Translations under genes and position numbers: made by a program | The notes under the pieces: generated by a model | The model's database searches: none | Told to the model about the DNA's origin: nothing | What the model saw: the letters and a program-made list of their open reading frames with translations, nothing else | In this document: one piece after another, positions 24,797 to 37,000 of the stretch | Layout of the letters: every line of letters begins with the position of its first letter | Position numbering within the stretch: the first letter of the stretch is position 1 | Origin: Piedraia hortae CBS 480.64 | Lineage: Eukaryota | Assembly (NCBI GenBank): GCA_010093745.1 | Contig: MU005958.1 | Location: 372,001-436,000 of the forward strand | Length of the DNA: 64,000 nt | Direction of reading: 5' to 3'

Positions 24797-26407
24797 TCAT
24801 GTACTACAACTCCCTCGACCGCCCTCTCCTCGTAGAATCTTGTTTGCACTCTGCACCAGGCTGACTGCCATGACGATGCCCCCAAATGAAATGCTTCCAT
24901 ACGCCGCCCATGTCTCCCATGTCCGTCGCTTCGTCAGTTTGACAAAGCACAAGGGTGGCAATATGTAGGCCAATGCACACGCACTGGTGGCCCCCACAAG
25001 CTCAAACACCACTCCCAGATCGCATGTCAAGAGTGCCATGGTCATGGCCGCCAGCACCAGAGACGTTGTGAAGATGAGATGACGGTTGGGGTTATACGCC
25101 TCGCCCGGGAAATAGTATTCGGTCATGACCTCACGGCAGACGAAGCACTCCAACGGTAGCGTAGTGAGCATGTTCAGACCGAAGCAGAGTCGTGCAACGT
25201 TTACCAACAGATTATTGCGCGGAAAGTTGTTCAGCACGTTGCCCTGCGTGAGGTCTCCAAAGCTCAAAAAGCCCGCCAACGCCATGGCCATACAAGCCAT
25301 CATTGAGATAGCTGTGCTGTAGTGCGTCACTCGAGCAAAGCGGTCCATGGTGGGCGTACGAAGACTGCCATAGATGAGCAGACTGTTGTGGTGACAGACA
25401 AAAGCAAACGAAATAACTCCCACGGCGTGGAAGATGCCAGGGTTAATGACGAGGCTGCCCTGGACTTGGCCACGAGCATCGGCTGGCTGCATGGGCCCTT
25501 CTACCACAACCGTCATTAATATGATAAGCATCGATACAAGGGCCAACGTAGAGGCCTTGGCGAGCATGGCAATGTCCCTGTAGAGAGACAGCGGATATGA
25601 GATGCCCAGCACAAAGAGTACGATAATAGCCCTCCGGTCTGTCAGGAGCCACAGCACCGACATGTCCTCCAGCATGGGGAACATGGCCGCCAGCACGTGG
25701 GGGATGGTATCCCCGATGACGATGCAAAATGCCACCATTCCCCCAAATGCAAACGCCCATTGCGCGATACTGATGGTAATCAAGCCCGACTTTCCAAAGC
25801 AATGCTCCATGGTCGCCTGAAACGAGTTTGCGCCGCTAAGCTTGGAGTTTGTGACGATCAGCCGGATCGTCCAATCGACCGTGATGGTCAGTAAAATCAA
25901 AAGCACCACACCGCTCAAAAGCCCGGCTTGCTTGAACGCATAAGGCTGTCCGATAATGCCGGCACCAATAATAGAGTTGGCCATGTTCATGAAAGCTGAC
26001 TTGAGACCGCTCTTCGGCCGCGCAGACTCCAAAAGATCTTCCGGATTGAAGTCCAAATCATTTGCAACGGTTATGCTTGGCGCTTCAATATCAGTCAGGA
26101 GCGGAATGCGCCCTTCTCTGAGGCCCATGAAATCCTCATCTTCTGCCCAGTTGCGCGCCCGGGCTGTATCCTCATCAGGCTCAGCCACATCAAAACGCAC
26201 GCGCATGGGCGTTCGCGGTGTTCCATTTGGCCGTCTCTGCGCAAAAGAAGACTGTCTCTTGCCGTTCACTCGGCCGTTTAGCTGCTCTTGCGGTTTCGCT
26301 GGCAGCGCCTTTACATCCTCCTCGGGTGAGCCGTCTCTTGAGCCTTGCAACAGGCCTTCGTGCTGGCTTGCCCTTGCCGCGTGGGGTGAACCGTCGTCTT
26401 CGGCCAT
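24797..26407 (-). CDS. AVT2: Amino acid transporter, AAAP family (Avt2/SLC38A11-like)
   Basis: SAFMNMANSIIGAGIIGQPYA and GVISFAFVCHHNSLLIY motifs; about 11 TM segments. Confidence 0.88.
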   Translation of the reverse strand: MAEDDGSPHAARASQHEGLLQGSRDGSPEEDVKALPAKPQEQLNGRVNGKRQSSFAQRRPNGTPRTPMRVRFDVAEPDEDTARARNWAEDEDFMGLREGRIPLLTDIEAPSITVANDLDFNPEDLLESARPKSGLKSAFMNMANSIIGAGIIGQPYAFKQAGLLSGVVLLILLTITVDWTIRLIVTNSKLSGANSFQATMEHCFGKSGLITISIAQWAFAFGGMVAFCIVIGDTIPHVLAAMFPMLEDMSVLWLLTDRRAIIVLFVLGISYPLSLYRDIAMLAKASTLALVSMLIILMTVVVEGPMQPADARGQVQGSLVINPGIFHAVGVISFAFVCHHNSLLIYGSLRTPTMDRFARVTHYSTAISMMACMAMALAGFLSFGDLTQGNVLNNFPRNNLLVNVARLCFGLNMLTTLPLECFVCREVMTEYYFPGEAYNPNRHLIFTTSLVLAAMTMALLTCDLGVVFELVGATSACALAYILPPLCFVKLTKRRTWETWAAYGSISFGGIVMAVSLVQSANKILRGEGGRGSCST

Positions 26408-26595
26408 AACATTGTTGCTAGCGCAAGAAGATCTTGGTGAACTTGCGCCAGGGAGTTCCCGCTTTGGGACTGACAGATGCGGCCTATTTACAGCCTTGAC
26501 ATTTGATTGGTCGGTGTCTAACTAATCCCGTGCAACACCTTACCTTCACCGAAACCTTGACAATTGGGACTACTCTTCAATTAGGGAAGCTCTCT

Positions 26596-27300
26596 CTACA
26601 AATCTTTCTTTAGCGGCATGCCCTTGTTTTCACCCTCAACCACTTTGCCCCTTTTCAGTGCCCATATTGACTTGACGCATTCAGAAAGCATGCCGATAAT
26701 GGTCGCGCATGCCATAGCCCACACATTAATGCTGATGCTCCCTAGTGGTGCTCGTGGAAAACTCAGCAGCCACTCTCCATAGTACGGCACCCAGTCTTTT
26801 GGTAGCCAAAACATGGCTTGCTTGCTGAACCAGAAGTTGGCAAGAAATTGAAGGCCTTGGGTGCCCAGCCAGCGAAGAGCACCTACAACAAGGTCAAAGG
26901 TGCTTTTGAAAGACTGCAGATTCCCAGCTAGTGTTGTTATCAGTTATCGTAAGGAGTTTTCTGGAGTGCTGTACCAACATTTTCGATTGTAGGCTTCCTT
27001 GGCTTTGTCGTGTTGCCGGCGGAGACGAGCCCATTTGGCGAAATCATCCTGAGCCGACGTCGCATTCAGCTCTCGGTTTAAACGAGCAATCTCCTTGCGT
27101 TTAGAAGACAGCGAAGCAGCTTCAGCACTGTGAGGCGTGGGTAGTTTGGTGTATATGAACCATATCTGCCCTCAATTTAGATATGCGCGCTGTAAAGTCC
27201 AAGGTTAACGTACAGCTTCATCGACAGACTTGGCACCTAAAGTGTTGATTAGGTGTATTGCGAGCTGCATTACAAACACGGCCAGGAGAATGGAAATCAT
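26596..27300 (-). CDS. GET1: GET complex subunit Get1 (WRB/CHD5 family)
   Basis: Three exons (introns 27166-27213 and 26928-26978). ELNATSAQDDFAKWARLRRQHDK coiled coil; MFWLPKDWVPYYGEWLLSFPRAPLGSISINVW. Confidence 0.92.
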
Positions 27301-27875
27301 TTTGATGGTGTGTTGGTTGAAGATGGGCCTCCAGCGGACTTATTCGGACATGACGTATGTATATGTGGGGGTTTACAGCACGGTGTCACCAACCAGCATT
27401 CATTGCGCTACATTGGACAGCCAAAGGCCTGCCATCTTCTTGCAATGCGGATATCCAAGCCTCAATATCGGGCCGTCTGGGGCATGAGAAGTAGAGGACA
27501 TTCCACGTCCATAAAGCAACCTCACCTGGGCCGCACAAATGGAATATCTTCGTGAACGACCAAGCTATACGACGAAATGCAATGTCATGTTTCTCGATAA
27601 TCAGACGCAAAACCCTCATCGCAGGGCTAGGACACTGCAACACGATCGAGATTTCTGATCTAGGCTACAACATGAACTCGTGGCTGTGGAAGAACGAGGC
27701 CGCCAAGTCTTCGATAGAGCCAATTGATTTCTTACGCTTCTGCCATGACCATGAAGAAACTTCCCAAGTCTAGAAGTACAATCATGAGCGTCTGGTGAAG
27801 GTGTTGAAGCGTGTGTGATGCAAGATTTTCGAGGCGTGGCCCGCTCGGGCCGTGTCGCGCTAAAACGCCGCCACG

Positions 27876-27897
27876 ACGCGTAGTCGCGTAGACGCGT
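27876..27897. promoter_or_regulatory. MCB (MluI cell-cycle box) cluster upstream of RNR1
   Basis: ACGCGT at 27876-27881 and 27892-27897 plus TCGCGT at 27884-27889, about 90-110 bp before the ATG. RNR large-subunit genes are canonical MBF targets. Confidence 0.75.
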
Positions 27898-27986
27898 CGC
27901 GCCAGTTCGCGCTTTGGCCCTGGAGTGCCACGTATCTTAATCTCACGACTTCTCTGTTGTAATCAGGCGTAGATCCCGGAGTCAAG

Positions 27987-30780
27987 ATGTATGTCTTCAA
28001 GAGAGGTACGTGCACCTGCAGCTCGGTGGGAGATACATCTAACAGCATCAGATGGACGAAAAGAACGCGTGCAGTTTGACAAGATCACCGCTCGAGTGTC
28101 GAGACTGTGCTATGGTCTCGACCCTGAACATGTTGATCCAGCTGCAATTACCATGAAGGTCATTGCCGGAGTTTACCATGGAGTCACTACAATTCAGCTG
28201 GACGACCTGGCAGCCGAGACGGCGGCCTACATGACCACCACACACCCAGATTACGCCATCCTGGCCGCCCGCGTGGCAGTCTCCAATCTTCACAAGCAAA
28301 CTAAGAAGCAGTGGTCGTCAGTAGTGTCTGATCTTTATCATTACATCAACCCTAAGACCAAGAAGCCGGCACCCATGATATCGGAGCGCACATACAACAT
28401 CGTCATGAAGCACGCAGATGAGCTAAACAGTGCAATCGTGTATGACCGCGACTTCAACTACCAATACTTTGGCTTCAAGACGCTAGAGCGGTCGTACCTC
28501 TTGCGAATCGACGGGAAGGTTGCTGAGCGTCCTCAGCACATGATTATGCGTGTGGCTGTTGGCATACATGGCGAAGACATTGAAGCGGCCATTGAGACTT
28601 ATAACCTCATGTCGAACAAGTACTTTACACATGCCTCGCCAACGCTATTCTCTGCCGGCACGCCTACCTCTCAGCTGGCGTCATGTTTCCTCATCGACAT
28701 GAAGGAGGACAGTATCGAGGGCATCTATGACACTCTCAAAACGTGTGCCATGATTTCCAAAAACGCAGGTGGTATTGGTTTGAATGTGCATCGCATTCGT
28801 GCCACGGGCTCGTACATTGGTGGCACAAATGGAACCTCCAATGGTCTGGTGCCCATGCTCCGAGTTTACAACAACACAGCCCGCTACGTCGACCAGGGCG
28901 GGAACAAGCGACCCGGCGCGTTCGCAATCTATCTTGAACCATGGCACGCAGATATCTTCCCCTTCTTGGATCTGCGTAAGAACCATGGCAAGGAGGAAGT
29001 GCGTGCTCGTGACCTCTTCTATGCCCTCTGGATTCCGGACTTGTTCATGAAGCGCGTTGAAGCCAACGGATCTTGGACGCTCATGTGTCCGCACGAGTGT
29101 CCCGGCTTGGCCGATGTTTATGGAGATGAGTTTGAGGCTCTGTATGAGCAGTACGAGCGCGAAGGACGAGGCCGCGAAACGATACGTGCCCAGAAGCTGT
29201 GGTATGCCATCCTCGAGGCCCAAACAGAAACTGGCAACCCATTCATGCTGTACAAAGATGCAGCAAATCGCAAATCCAACCAGAAAAACCTTGGCACTAT
29301 TCGCTCATCAAATCTTTGCACTGAAATTATTCAGTATACTTCGCCGGATGAGGTTGCCGTTTGTAACTTGGCTTCTCTCGCGTTGCCGACCTATGTAGAT
29401 ATTGAGAACGAACGATACGACTTCAAGAAATTGCACGAGGTGACCAAGGTCGTTACCAGGAACTTGAACAAGGTCATCGAAATCAACCATTACCCGGTGC
29501 CAGAAGCTCGCAAGAGCAACTTTCGTCACAGGCCCATCGGATTGGGTGTGAGTGGCCTTGCAGATGCGTTTTTGGCGCTTCGCATGCCGTTTGACTCACC
29601 TGAAGCTCGTAAGCTGAACATTCAAATCTTCGAGACCATCTATCATGCTGCCCTGGAGGCTTCCTGCGAGCTCGCTGAGAAATTTGGACCGTACGAGACG
29701 TACGAGGGTTCGCCTGTCAGCCGTGGTGAGCTGCAGTACGATATGTGGGGAGTCAAACCCACCGATCTGTGGGATTGGAAACAGCTCAAGGCAAAGATTG
29801 CACGACACGGCGTAAGGAACTCATTGCTAGTGGCTCCCATGCCAACAGCGTCCACGTCACAAATCATGGGATTCAACGAGTGCTTTGAGCCTTACACATC
29901 CAACATTTACTCACGGCGTGTTCTGGCAGGAGAATTTCAAGTGGTGAACCCGTGGCTGCTCAAAGACCTGGTAGACCGTGGTTTATGGTCGGATAATATG
30001 AAGAATCGCATCATTGCTGACGGTGGCTCCATTCAGCGAGTGCCCAACATCCCCGAAGATATCAAAGCGTTGTATAAGACGGTGTGGGAGATCAGCCAAC
30101 GGCAAATCGTGCAGATGGCGGCAGACCGCGGCGCGTTTATTGACCAGTCGCACTCTCTGAATATCCACATGAAGGAGCCCACGATGGGCAAAATTACCAG
30201 TATGCACTTTACCGGATGGAAGTTGGGCCTCAAGACGGGCATGTACTACTTGAGGACGATGGCAGCGTCGGCGCCAATCCAGTTCACCGTCGACCAAGAG
30301 GCACTCAAGGTGGCCGATACGAATGTAGCACGACTGGTGCATAGAAAGCGCCTCGGGGCATACAGTACCATACCTGCCACGGCTGGAACATCGGAACCTG
30401 CGCCGGCACCTGTTCCACAGCCAATGTACAAGAGAAACGACCTGGACGCATCGGAGACTGAAGAACCAGAGCCGCAAAATGCAGCGCCTCTACCTCCGCC
30501 TCCCTCGCGCAAGCCGCGCTCCAAGATTGAACGGTCAAGCTCGGCCGTTGTCAACCCTCCCTTCCCGGCCGACATTGAAGAGCCAGCGTCCCCCGAAGTT
30601 ATGGCGGTGGATCTTGGGAAAAAGGAAATCGAAGAGCGCCTTGCTTCCCTCTCCGGACCCAATCCAGCCCAGCCTGAAGACGGTGACTCTTCCAAGGACC
30701 GCGAGGGGGACATTTATGCCGATGCTGTCTTGGCTTGTAGCATCGAGAACCCAGAGGCCTGTGTCATGTGTAGTGGCTAA
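27987..30780 (+). CDS. RNR1: Ribonucleotide reductase large subunit
   Basis: [22 protein letters not shown] cone (intron 28006-28051), [29 protein letters not shown] and C-terminal CVMCSG. Confidence 0.98.
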
Positions 30781-31041
30781 GATGGATGAGGCCAAGAAAG
30801 GTCAATGGTTTAATCATGCATTGTGTAAAGTAGGTAATGACGCGAGTCTCGTATGCTGCAACAAATTTGGTCCATTGGAAACTGGGTATCGAAATCTGCT
30901 CGCTCTGGAAGTGGAAAGGTGAGCCAAATGAAGAGAAAAAAAAAATACGAAAGACCTTTTTCTACAAAGGACGAGAAGTGGAAGAATCCCTAAAGTATGA
31001 ACAAGTTTCCCCCATCAACACCTTTCCTTTTTTCCTCGCAT

Positions 31042-33081
31042 TTAAAACCGATAATGTCCCATTCCAGTGGAACTTGCACTAGCAGACGCCGTCGCCGATG
31101 CGGTAGATGTGGACCTAGGCCTGGGGATTGTCGCGAATCCCGAACTGCTATTGGCCGCTACGCCCGATGCCGTTGGCGCTGCGCCAGTTGGGTAGTATCC
31201 ACTTGCGCTCTGCGCGACGGGCGTTTTTGTCGCTTCGTCGACTGTAACGGTCACGGTTTCTTTCTCGGTAACAGTCACGGTTTTGCCCGGTACGCAGGAC
31301 TCGCCAGCCGAAGGGGTGCCCGAATTCGACCCTGACCCATGCGAGCCGGAGCCAGATGAGCCTGGAGAACCTGAACCAGACGGGCCTGATGGGCCTGATG
31401 GGCCAGTTCCTGCACCCGAGCTGGAGGCAGGGGCTCCTGGGGCGCCAGTAGCACCACCAGGATAGACAGTGATGAAATTTGTCACAGTGGAAGTGGAGTG
31501 AAGAGTACGACGGTCAGAGCCGGAAGCGGGAGTATCAGATCCCGAGGACGGACCATTTGTCTGCGTCTGGGAATCAGGCCGAGTCTTGGTCAGGTACAGC
31601 GTCGAGGTAAGATAGAGGGTGGAGGTCGAATGGACCGTGGTCGTGACAATGGTGGTTGATTTACCATGGCCCAGAGTATAGGTCACTGTGGTGTTCGTGA
31701 CGACGGTTGAGGCAGAGACGCTGGTAGCAGTGCCCGTCACCGAAGCTGATGGGTGACTGGATCCAGCGCTGGGGGCAATAGATGATGCCTTACTGGAGAT
31801 GCTTGAGCCGGCGCTCCCAGGGACGCTGCTAGAGGGGCCGAATGAAGCACTAGAGCTACTCAAGGGAGAGTAAGAACTCGGCCCAGTGCCCAGAGGAATG
31901 CCGCTCGAAGCAGAGCGGGTGCTGACACCGGTGCTGAGAGGGATGCTGCTCGAAGCAGATTGAGTACTAGCGCCGGTGCTGAGAGGGATTCCGCTCGTCG
32001 GAGAGTACGAGCTCGCGCCAGTGCCAAGGGGGATGCCACTTGACCGTGAGTACCCTGAGGGACCTGTACCGAGCGGGACGCTGCTCGAGGCGGAAGAGGT
32101 ACTTGCGCCAGTGCTGAGAGGAATACCACTGGATGGAGAATAGGAACTTGGTCCAGTACCCAGGGAAAAGCTGTTTGAAGCAGAATGAGAACTTGGTCCA
32201 GTGCCAAGAGGCACGCTGCTCAGACTGGAAGATGCACTAACGCCAGTGCTGAGAGAAACGGTAGGATGCGACGCAGAACTCGACGTTGGAGCTGAGCTGT
32301 TAGCAGGGGCAGTGCTGCCTGCAGGACCCGATGCGGATGAGGAGTACCCAACTGGGGTCTTGGAACCGCTACTTCCTGAGCCTCCGGTGCTCGAAGAACC
32401 AACATGTGAACTGCTGCTTGGGGTCAGTGCAGCAGAGCTGTTGCCAGTACTTTCAGGTGAGAACACGGCACTTCCCGACGGACCGGTGCTCAAGGACACC
32501 GAATGGGAGTATCCGCTAGGGACATTGGCTGTGGAAGATCCAGGCTGAGAATTGGAGGTGGCCGAAGAGGTCTCAGAGCTGGACGAAACAGATGACGTTA
32601 TCGAGCTAGATGGAACGAAAGATGCCATCGAGCTGGACGCAGTCGAATATCCAGCGGAGCTAGAAGGCGCATCTGAAACGGTCGCTAAATAAGGCGCAGA
32701 CGAAGAATGTGCCGACGGACTAGCGCTAGAAGTACTAGATGCGGTGGAGATGCGAGTCGGGGCATATCCAGTCGGCGTCTTGGACTGAGCCTTGACCGAC
32801 GAGATGGACGATTTCAACGCCTCACTAGCTGACGAGACCGCCGTAACCGGACAGACGGTCGTGTAGTCGCGGACAGTCGTCGCAAGATAAACGGCCGTCT
32901 TACTGTCCGGCGCACAGGAGGAAGCTTCGTATGGGCATCCGGTTGTAGTGATTGTCTGTGTATCGCACACCACCGCCGTGGTCAACGCGGTGCTGTTGCC
33001 CGCATAGAGGCGATTAAAACGGGCTTCCGCAAAGACCACGGCCACGACGCCGGTGGCGACGAGGGAGCGAGCGAAATGCAT
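31042..33081 (-). CDS. Secreted Ser/Thr/Gly-rich cell-wall or adhesin-like glycoprotein
   Basis: Signal peptide MHFARSLVATGVVAVVFAEA at ATG 33081. Cys-containing YTTVCPVT module and internal repeats; no hydrophobic GPI tail. Confidence 0.8.
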   Translation of the reverse strand: MHFARSLVATGVVAVVFAEARFNRLYAGNSTALTTAVVCDTQTITTTGCPYEASSCAPDSKTAVYLATTVRDYTTVCPVTAVSSASEALKSSISSVKAQSKTPTGYAPTRISTASSTSSASPSAHSSSAPYLATVSDAPSSSAGYSTASSSMASFVPSSSITSSVSSSSETSSATSNSQPGSSTANVPSGYSHSVSLSTGPSGSAVFSPESTGNSSAALTPSSSSHVGSSSTGGSGSSGSKTPVGYSSSASGPAGSTAPANSSAPTSSSASHPTVSLSTGVSASSSLSSVPLGTGPSSHSASNSFSLGTGPSSYSPSSGIPLSTGASTSSASSSVPLGTGPSGYSRSSGIPLGTGASSYSPTSGIPLSTGASTQSASSSIPLSTGVSTRSASSGIPLGTGPSSYSPLSSSSASFGPSSSVPGSAGSSISSKASSIAPSAGSSHPSASVTGTATSVSASTVVTNTTVTYTLGHGKSTTIVTTTVHSTSTLYLTSTLYLTKTRPDSQTQTNGPSSGSDTPASGSDRRTLHSTSTVTNFITVYPGGATGAPGAPASSSGAGTGPSGPSGPSGSGSPGSSGSGSHGSGSNSGTPSAGESCVPGKTVTVTEKETVTVTVDEATKTPVAQSASGYYPTGAAPTASGVAANSSSGFATIPRPRSTSTASATASASASSTGMGHYRF
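31855..32259 (-). repeat. Intragenic minisatellite, 9 x 45 bp (15 aa)
   Basis: Unit (I/V)PL(S/G)TG(P/A/V)SxxSxSS(G/S) repeated nine times in tandem. Confidence 0.85.
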
Positions 33082-33496
33082 TTGGTATCCAAAAAGAGTG
33101 ACTGTGAAAGAATGACGTGAAGGAAAGTGGTTGTCGCTGTCAAGGGAACATAAAGACGGGGAGAGAAGGGAAATAGGAAGATGCCCCCTGTTCCTGGCCA
33201 CGGCACAACGCTCAATCCCGATTGGTGCTCGAGCAAGGTACTTGGCAGCGCTATGGCCGTTTGATTGGACGGTTCCTTGCACTAGGCAGGGGTATCTTAC
33301 GCTAAACAGGGGTTTTGCGCGAGACTGCGGCGTTTCTAGTCCGTGCACGGCAAGCCGACTCGTGACTCCAAAGGAGCTGATTGGGGTTGATCTGTGCGGT
33401 GCAACGTGCGGGGAACCGCGTGGCCAATGAGCGCGTGCGCGACAGGATGACATGAATAAATCCCCCGACATGTGGCACAATTTGCTTGGGTGTGCA

Positions 33497-34384
33497 TCAC
33501 AAAATTCCCGGCAGGACTGCCTTGCGGTGGCCCACCTCACGCCCAAATCGCGCAATGTACCACCGTCGACCTTGTAGCGCGCGCGGGAGCATTGTAGAGA
33601 TTTCGTTGAGAACAAAACTGCGCGCGGGCACACAATTGCTGCCGCCCGCGAGCCAGAATCCCGCCCACTCAATCCATTCGCAAAGATAATGTGGATAGAG
33701 TATGTACCGAAACCATCCTCTCGTTGGTATTTCGTAGTGCTTGTCTATGTTCTGATCGCTTGCTTGGCGTCGTGCAACGACACGAATGTCACGCAATATC
33801 TGATCGTGATACACATTACCCAGGAAACCGCAAGCCCAGACGGCAAGTCCTAAATGCAAGCTAGTCCCTCGAGCGGCCCAGTCTTGAGCGGTCGTGGGAC
33901 CATAACCCCCCAGCCAGCCGCCCAGACACAGTCCGTTGATCATCTGCCACGTGAAGGCGGACAGGAAGACAAAGGTGTGGATGGGCGACATACTTGGGTT
34001 TAAGACTAGTGGGCTGATGATGGCTCTGTATATGTAATGAATGGTGTAGCAAGATGCCAGGGCCCAGTTTGGGGTTGGAAGACTGTCAAAGCCAAGCTTG
34101 GGTGGTAGAGCCAGCATGCAATAGAGCACGGTGAGGAATCCCGGCATCTCCATGACACACCACGCGTAGCGCCCCGGAAGGTTCAAATGGCTTTCCACGC
34201 TTGTTTTGCCTTGGGGATACCACGAGATAATCCATTGACTTACTGTCATCTGACTTTTGTCAACCCTTGATAGACAAATTAGAATAAAGGAACGTACAAT
34301 GGGAAAAAACTGCCATGCGTAGGCCAATAGCTGCCAGGTGTCGCGTGATGGCGGAAACCAATTGGATAAAATAGGCGTCATCAT
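33497..34384 (-). CDS. Steroid 5-alpha-reductase family protein
   Basis: AWCVMEMPG, HYIYRA, GNVYHDQIL and YPHYLCEWIEWAGF motifs. Probable in-frame intron 34250-34297. Confidence 0.9.
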   Translation of the reverse strand: MMTPILSNWFPPSRDTWQLLAYAWQFFPIVRSFILICLSRVDKSQMTVSQWIISWYPQGKTSVESHLNLPGRYAWCVMEMPGFLTVLYCMLALPPKLGFDSLPTPNWALASCYTIHYIYRAIISPLVLNPSMSPIHTFVFLSAFTWQMINGLCLGGWLGGYGPTTAQDWAARGTSLHLGLAVWACGFLGNVYHDQILRDIRVVARRQASDQNIDKHYEIPTRGWFRYILYPHYLCEWIEWAGFWLAGGSNCVPARSFVLNEISTMLPRALQGRRWYIARFGREVGHRKAVLPGIL

Positions 34385-34555
34385 TCTTCACCTGTATATT
34401 CTGCCAACTGAATGGCAGTCGGTTCAGAATACTGTATGGCACTCGGGAGCTTGTTCCTCCTTGCGCCGGTTGGGCACTTAAAGTTTGTTGAGTGTTTTCC
34501 GGGTAAGGTAATCATTCTGCAACATAATGTGGATCAGAGACAGGCGTTCCTGTAG

Positions 34556-35110
34556 TTATTATTATTATTGTTATCATCATTATTTCTCTTATGCCGAAGG
34601 AGCTAAAATGTATCATAGCCCCGCCCTGAAGGTCATGCGGTCCATCTACAAGTGTCTAACCAACAATCAGACTTCATCCGCATAGTGCGGGTACCCTCGA
34701 CGCTATATAACCTGGGTCTCTCTCCACCCAGCTTGGTGACGGATACAGAAGGAAGGGTTGGGGGGGATATGAGTGAGGGAACGGCCGGGTTGGGACTTCT
34801 ATAGTTCCCACCGCCTTGGTAGTCTCAGCTGCTGGCGCCTGTTTGTTCCACCGTGGTCGTTCGCCTCCGTGGGGCACCGGTTCGTCATTCTCTCCGCTAG
34901 CCGCTCCACCGCTGTCGGCATTTCATCCATGATGTCCACCGCCAGCCGGTACTCCCTGAGTTTGCCTAGAAAGAGCAACCAGCGGACGATCGTTTCTACC
35001 TTGCGTCGGCTTGCCAGTGCGACACGCACATCACGCATGCTCCTGAAGCTCAACGGCAGTGGCGTTCCTGTAGTACGCAGCGGAAGGGCATCCAACGGTG
35101 AAACTGAATG
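34556..35110 (-). mobile_element. Probable 5'-truncated LINE (Tad1-like) 3' end
   Basis: GC-rich coding fragment DVRVALASRRKVETIVRWLLFLGKLREYRLA resembles the C-terminus of fungal LINE ORF2. It is followed about 210 bp after its stop by a degenerate (TAA)n tail at 34556-34585. Confidence 0.5.
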
Positions 35111-36364
35111 GTGAGGTTTTCATATGCGTAGTTCTATGGCACGCTGCGTGGCTTTCGCTTATCAAGGCAGACGATTCTGCTCCCTACGTAGACAGAACAC
35201 TTTCGATTAAAAACAGTTCAAATTAATCCATTCCAACTCGCCGAGGTGCCTATCGCATTCCCTTTTTCCCAGAGTTTGATATTCTTGACCTGTACAGAAG
35301 GCTGGTCGCATTCGTGCTTGCCAGATCAACGAGGCGAAACTGATGTTTGGGTGATCGGAAGAGACTTTCAAAATTCCGATCGTGAAATGGTCCATTATGT
35401 AGAGCATACTCAGCGACAGCACGGTTTTCATCAAAACACCATGTTGGGGATATGATGACAGTCCCTAGGAGCTTGCATCTTATAGATAAGCATGATTGTC
35501 TTTGTAATGTTCCCAATAACGGTTACCATCGAAGTGCCAACATTCCCAAGAATACGTACCTGCTTGGAGGCTCCGTATCTATCGATTGCCAGTTACAGGG
35601 ATCAATGCCATTGGAGACCGTGTTCTCGCTAGTCATAGTTACATAACGAAAGCGCATTGCCTAGGTTTCATGATCTGCTATCGTATTCTGGTGACATATC
35701 AGTACTCTGGGATTTGTTAAATATCAATTCCAGGGAAGACAGGTAGTTTTTGCCGCTGCTGGGCTCGAAATTGACCATGGAAGAACACCATGGAATCGAG
35801 ATTTAGCGAGTCCGGATATAGTGGTTTGGCCTGACGGGAAGATTCTGTCCACTATGTCGAGGATCCGCTGTATTCAGGTACCTACAGGTGAGTAAAGACA
35901 AACTTGGGGGTACTGAAAATCCGCTATGAGGGGGAATTTGCTGTATTCAGTGATAGCTATATCCAGGTTTGACTGTGACCGGAGCAATATGGTGACCTTG
36001 CTTGAGTTGAGGAATGATGAGAGGGCAGCATTGAGGGAAGCATCCGGGGCGTGGCACCGACACAGGGTCGAGCAAGATATTGTCTTGTATGGAAACTAGA
36101 GAAGATCGAAGGGCCTGCTATATATCCACGGGCTCCTATACTGGAGCGCCTGGCTTGTATAGAGCGCGCCTGGCGAACCAGACCCATGGAACAACCATGG
36201 GACGAGGTGCTAGCCCATAACAGATATCAGTATCTTCCTTCTTTGTTCTCTTCTCTGAAGAAAAGGGAAGCGATTAATGTAGAGGTCGGAAACCTATTCT
36301 AGGAGGCAAAGCCATGTTGTCCAATATAGTCCATGTGGAGATCTGAATCGATCGACTGTCTATC

Positions 36365-37000
36365 AAAAGTGGTAAAGTCTTCCCCACTGCGTGCACAATT
36401 TTGATTACCACTTCAAACGCGAATAGCATCACACACAACCACTCTACATGGCTATATACTATATATTTCGAAAGCGCATACTCTAAGGTCTCATATGGTA
36501 CCGTTTTTGATGGTTAGCGACTCCATTAGAAGCGGGAATTTTATGAATTATGCCAAAATGCGGTCGCGCACACATGATGACCGTACGCCACCATCTCTGG
36601 GCCAAGGCGTATGAGGCACCGACCGTTACAATCTTGAAGATATTGGCTTGTTCGCCTTGTTTGAGGCGCGCGCGACGTCTGAGCGCGGTGGGTTATCGAT
36701 TCAAAGTTGATGAAGTCGTCACGATATCGACACGACAACTTTGAATCAACACAACAGATCGCATAATCATCGCAAACAATCATTAGTACATACATACGAA
36801 CGCTAGCAATGCATGGATCCCAATTATATGCACCGTAAAGGTTGATTCCGTGTCTTGTTGTGCCATTTTGCGAGGTTTGATCATGCACGAAATGGTCTTC
36901 GAAACTTGCAAAACATTGGGCCATAAGCTTACGAAAATCTACATAAAAATCGGTGGGGTATGATCTTCAAGGTATGATCTTCTGCCTCAATCAATCAGCT
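36365..37000. repeat. Left arm of a diverged long inverted repeat
   Basis: Collinear with the reverse complement of 38843-39478. Shared blocks include AAGTCTTCCCCACTGC, TTTCGAAAGCGCAT, TTGTTTGAGGC, CTTTGAATCAAC and AAGGTATG. Confidence 0.85.

Noticed and set aside
27386..27773. Small ORFs between GET1 and RNR1
   Set aside because: No recognisable motifs, non-ATG starts or short length; cannot be distinguished from chance.
33082..33672. 876-aa ORF extension overlapping the 5-alpha-reductase 3' end
   Set aside because: It starts at TTG; the signal peptide begins at ATG 33081 and the extension covers promoter-like DNA with CCAAT boxes.
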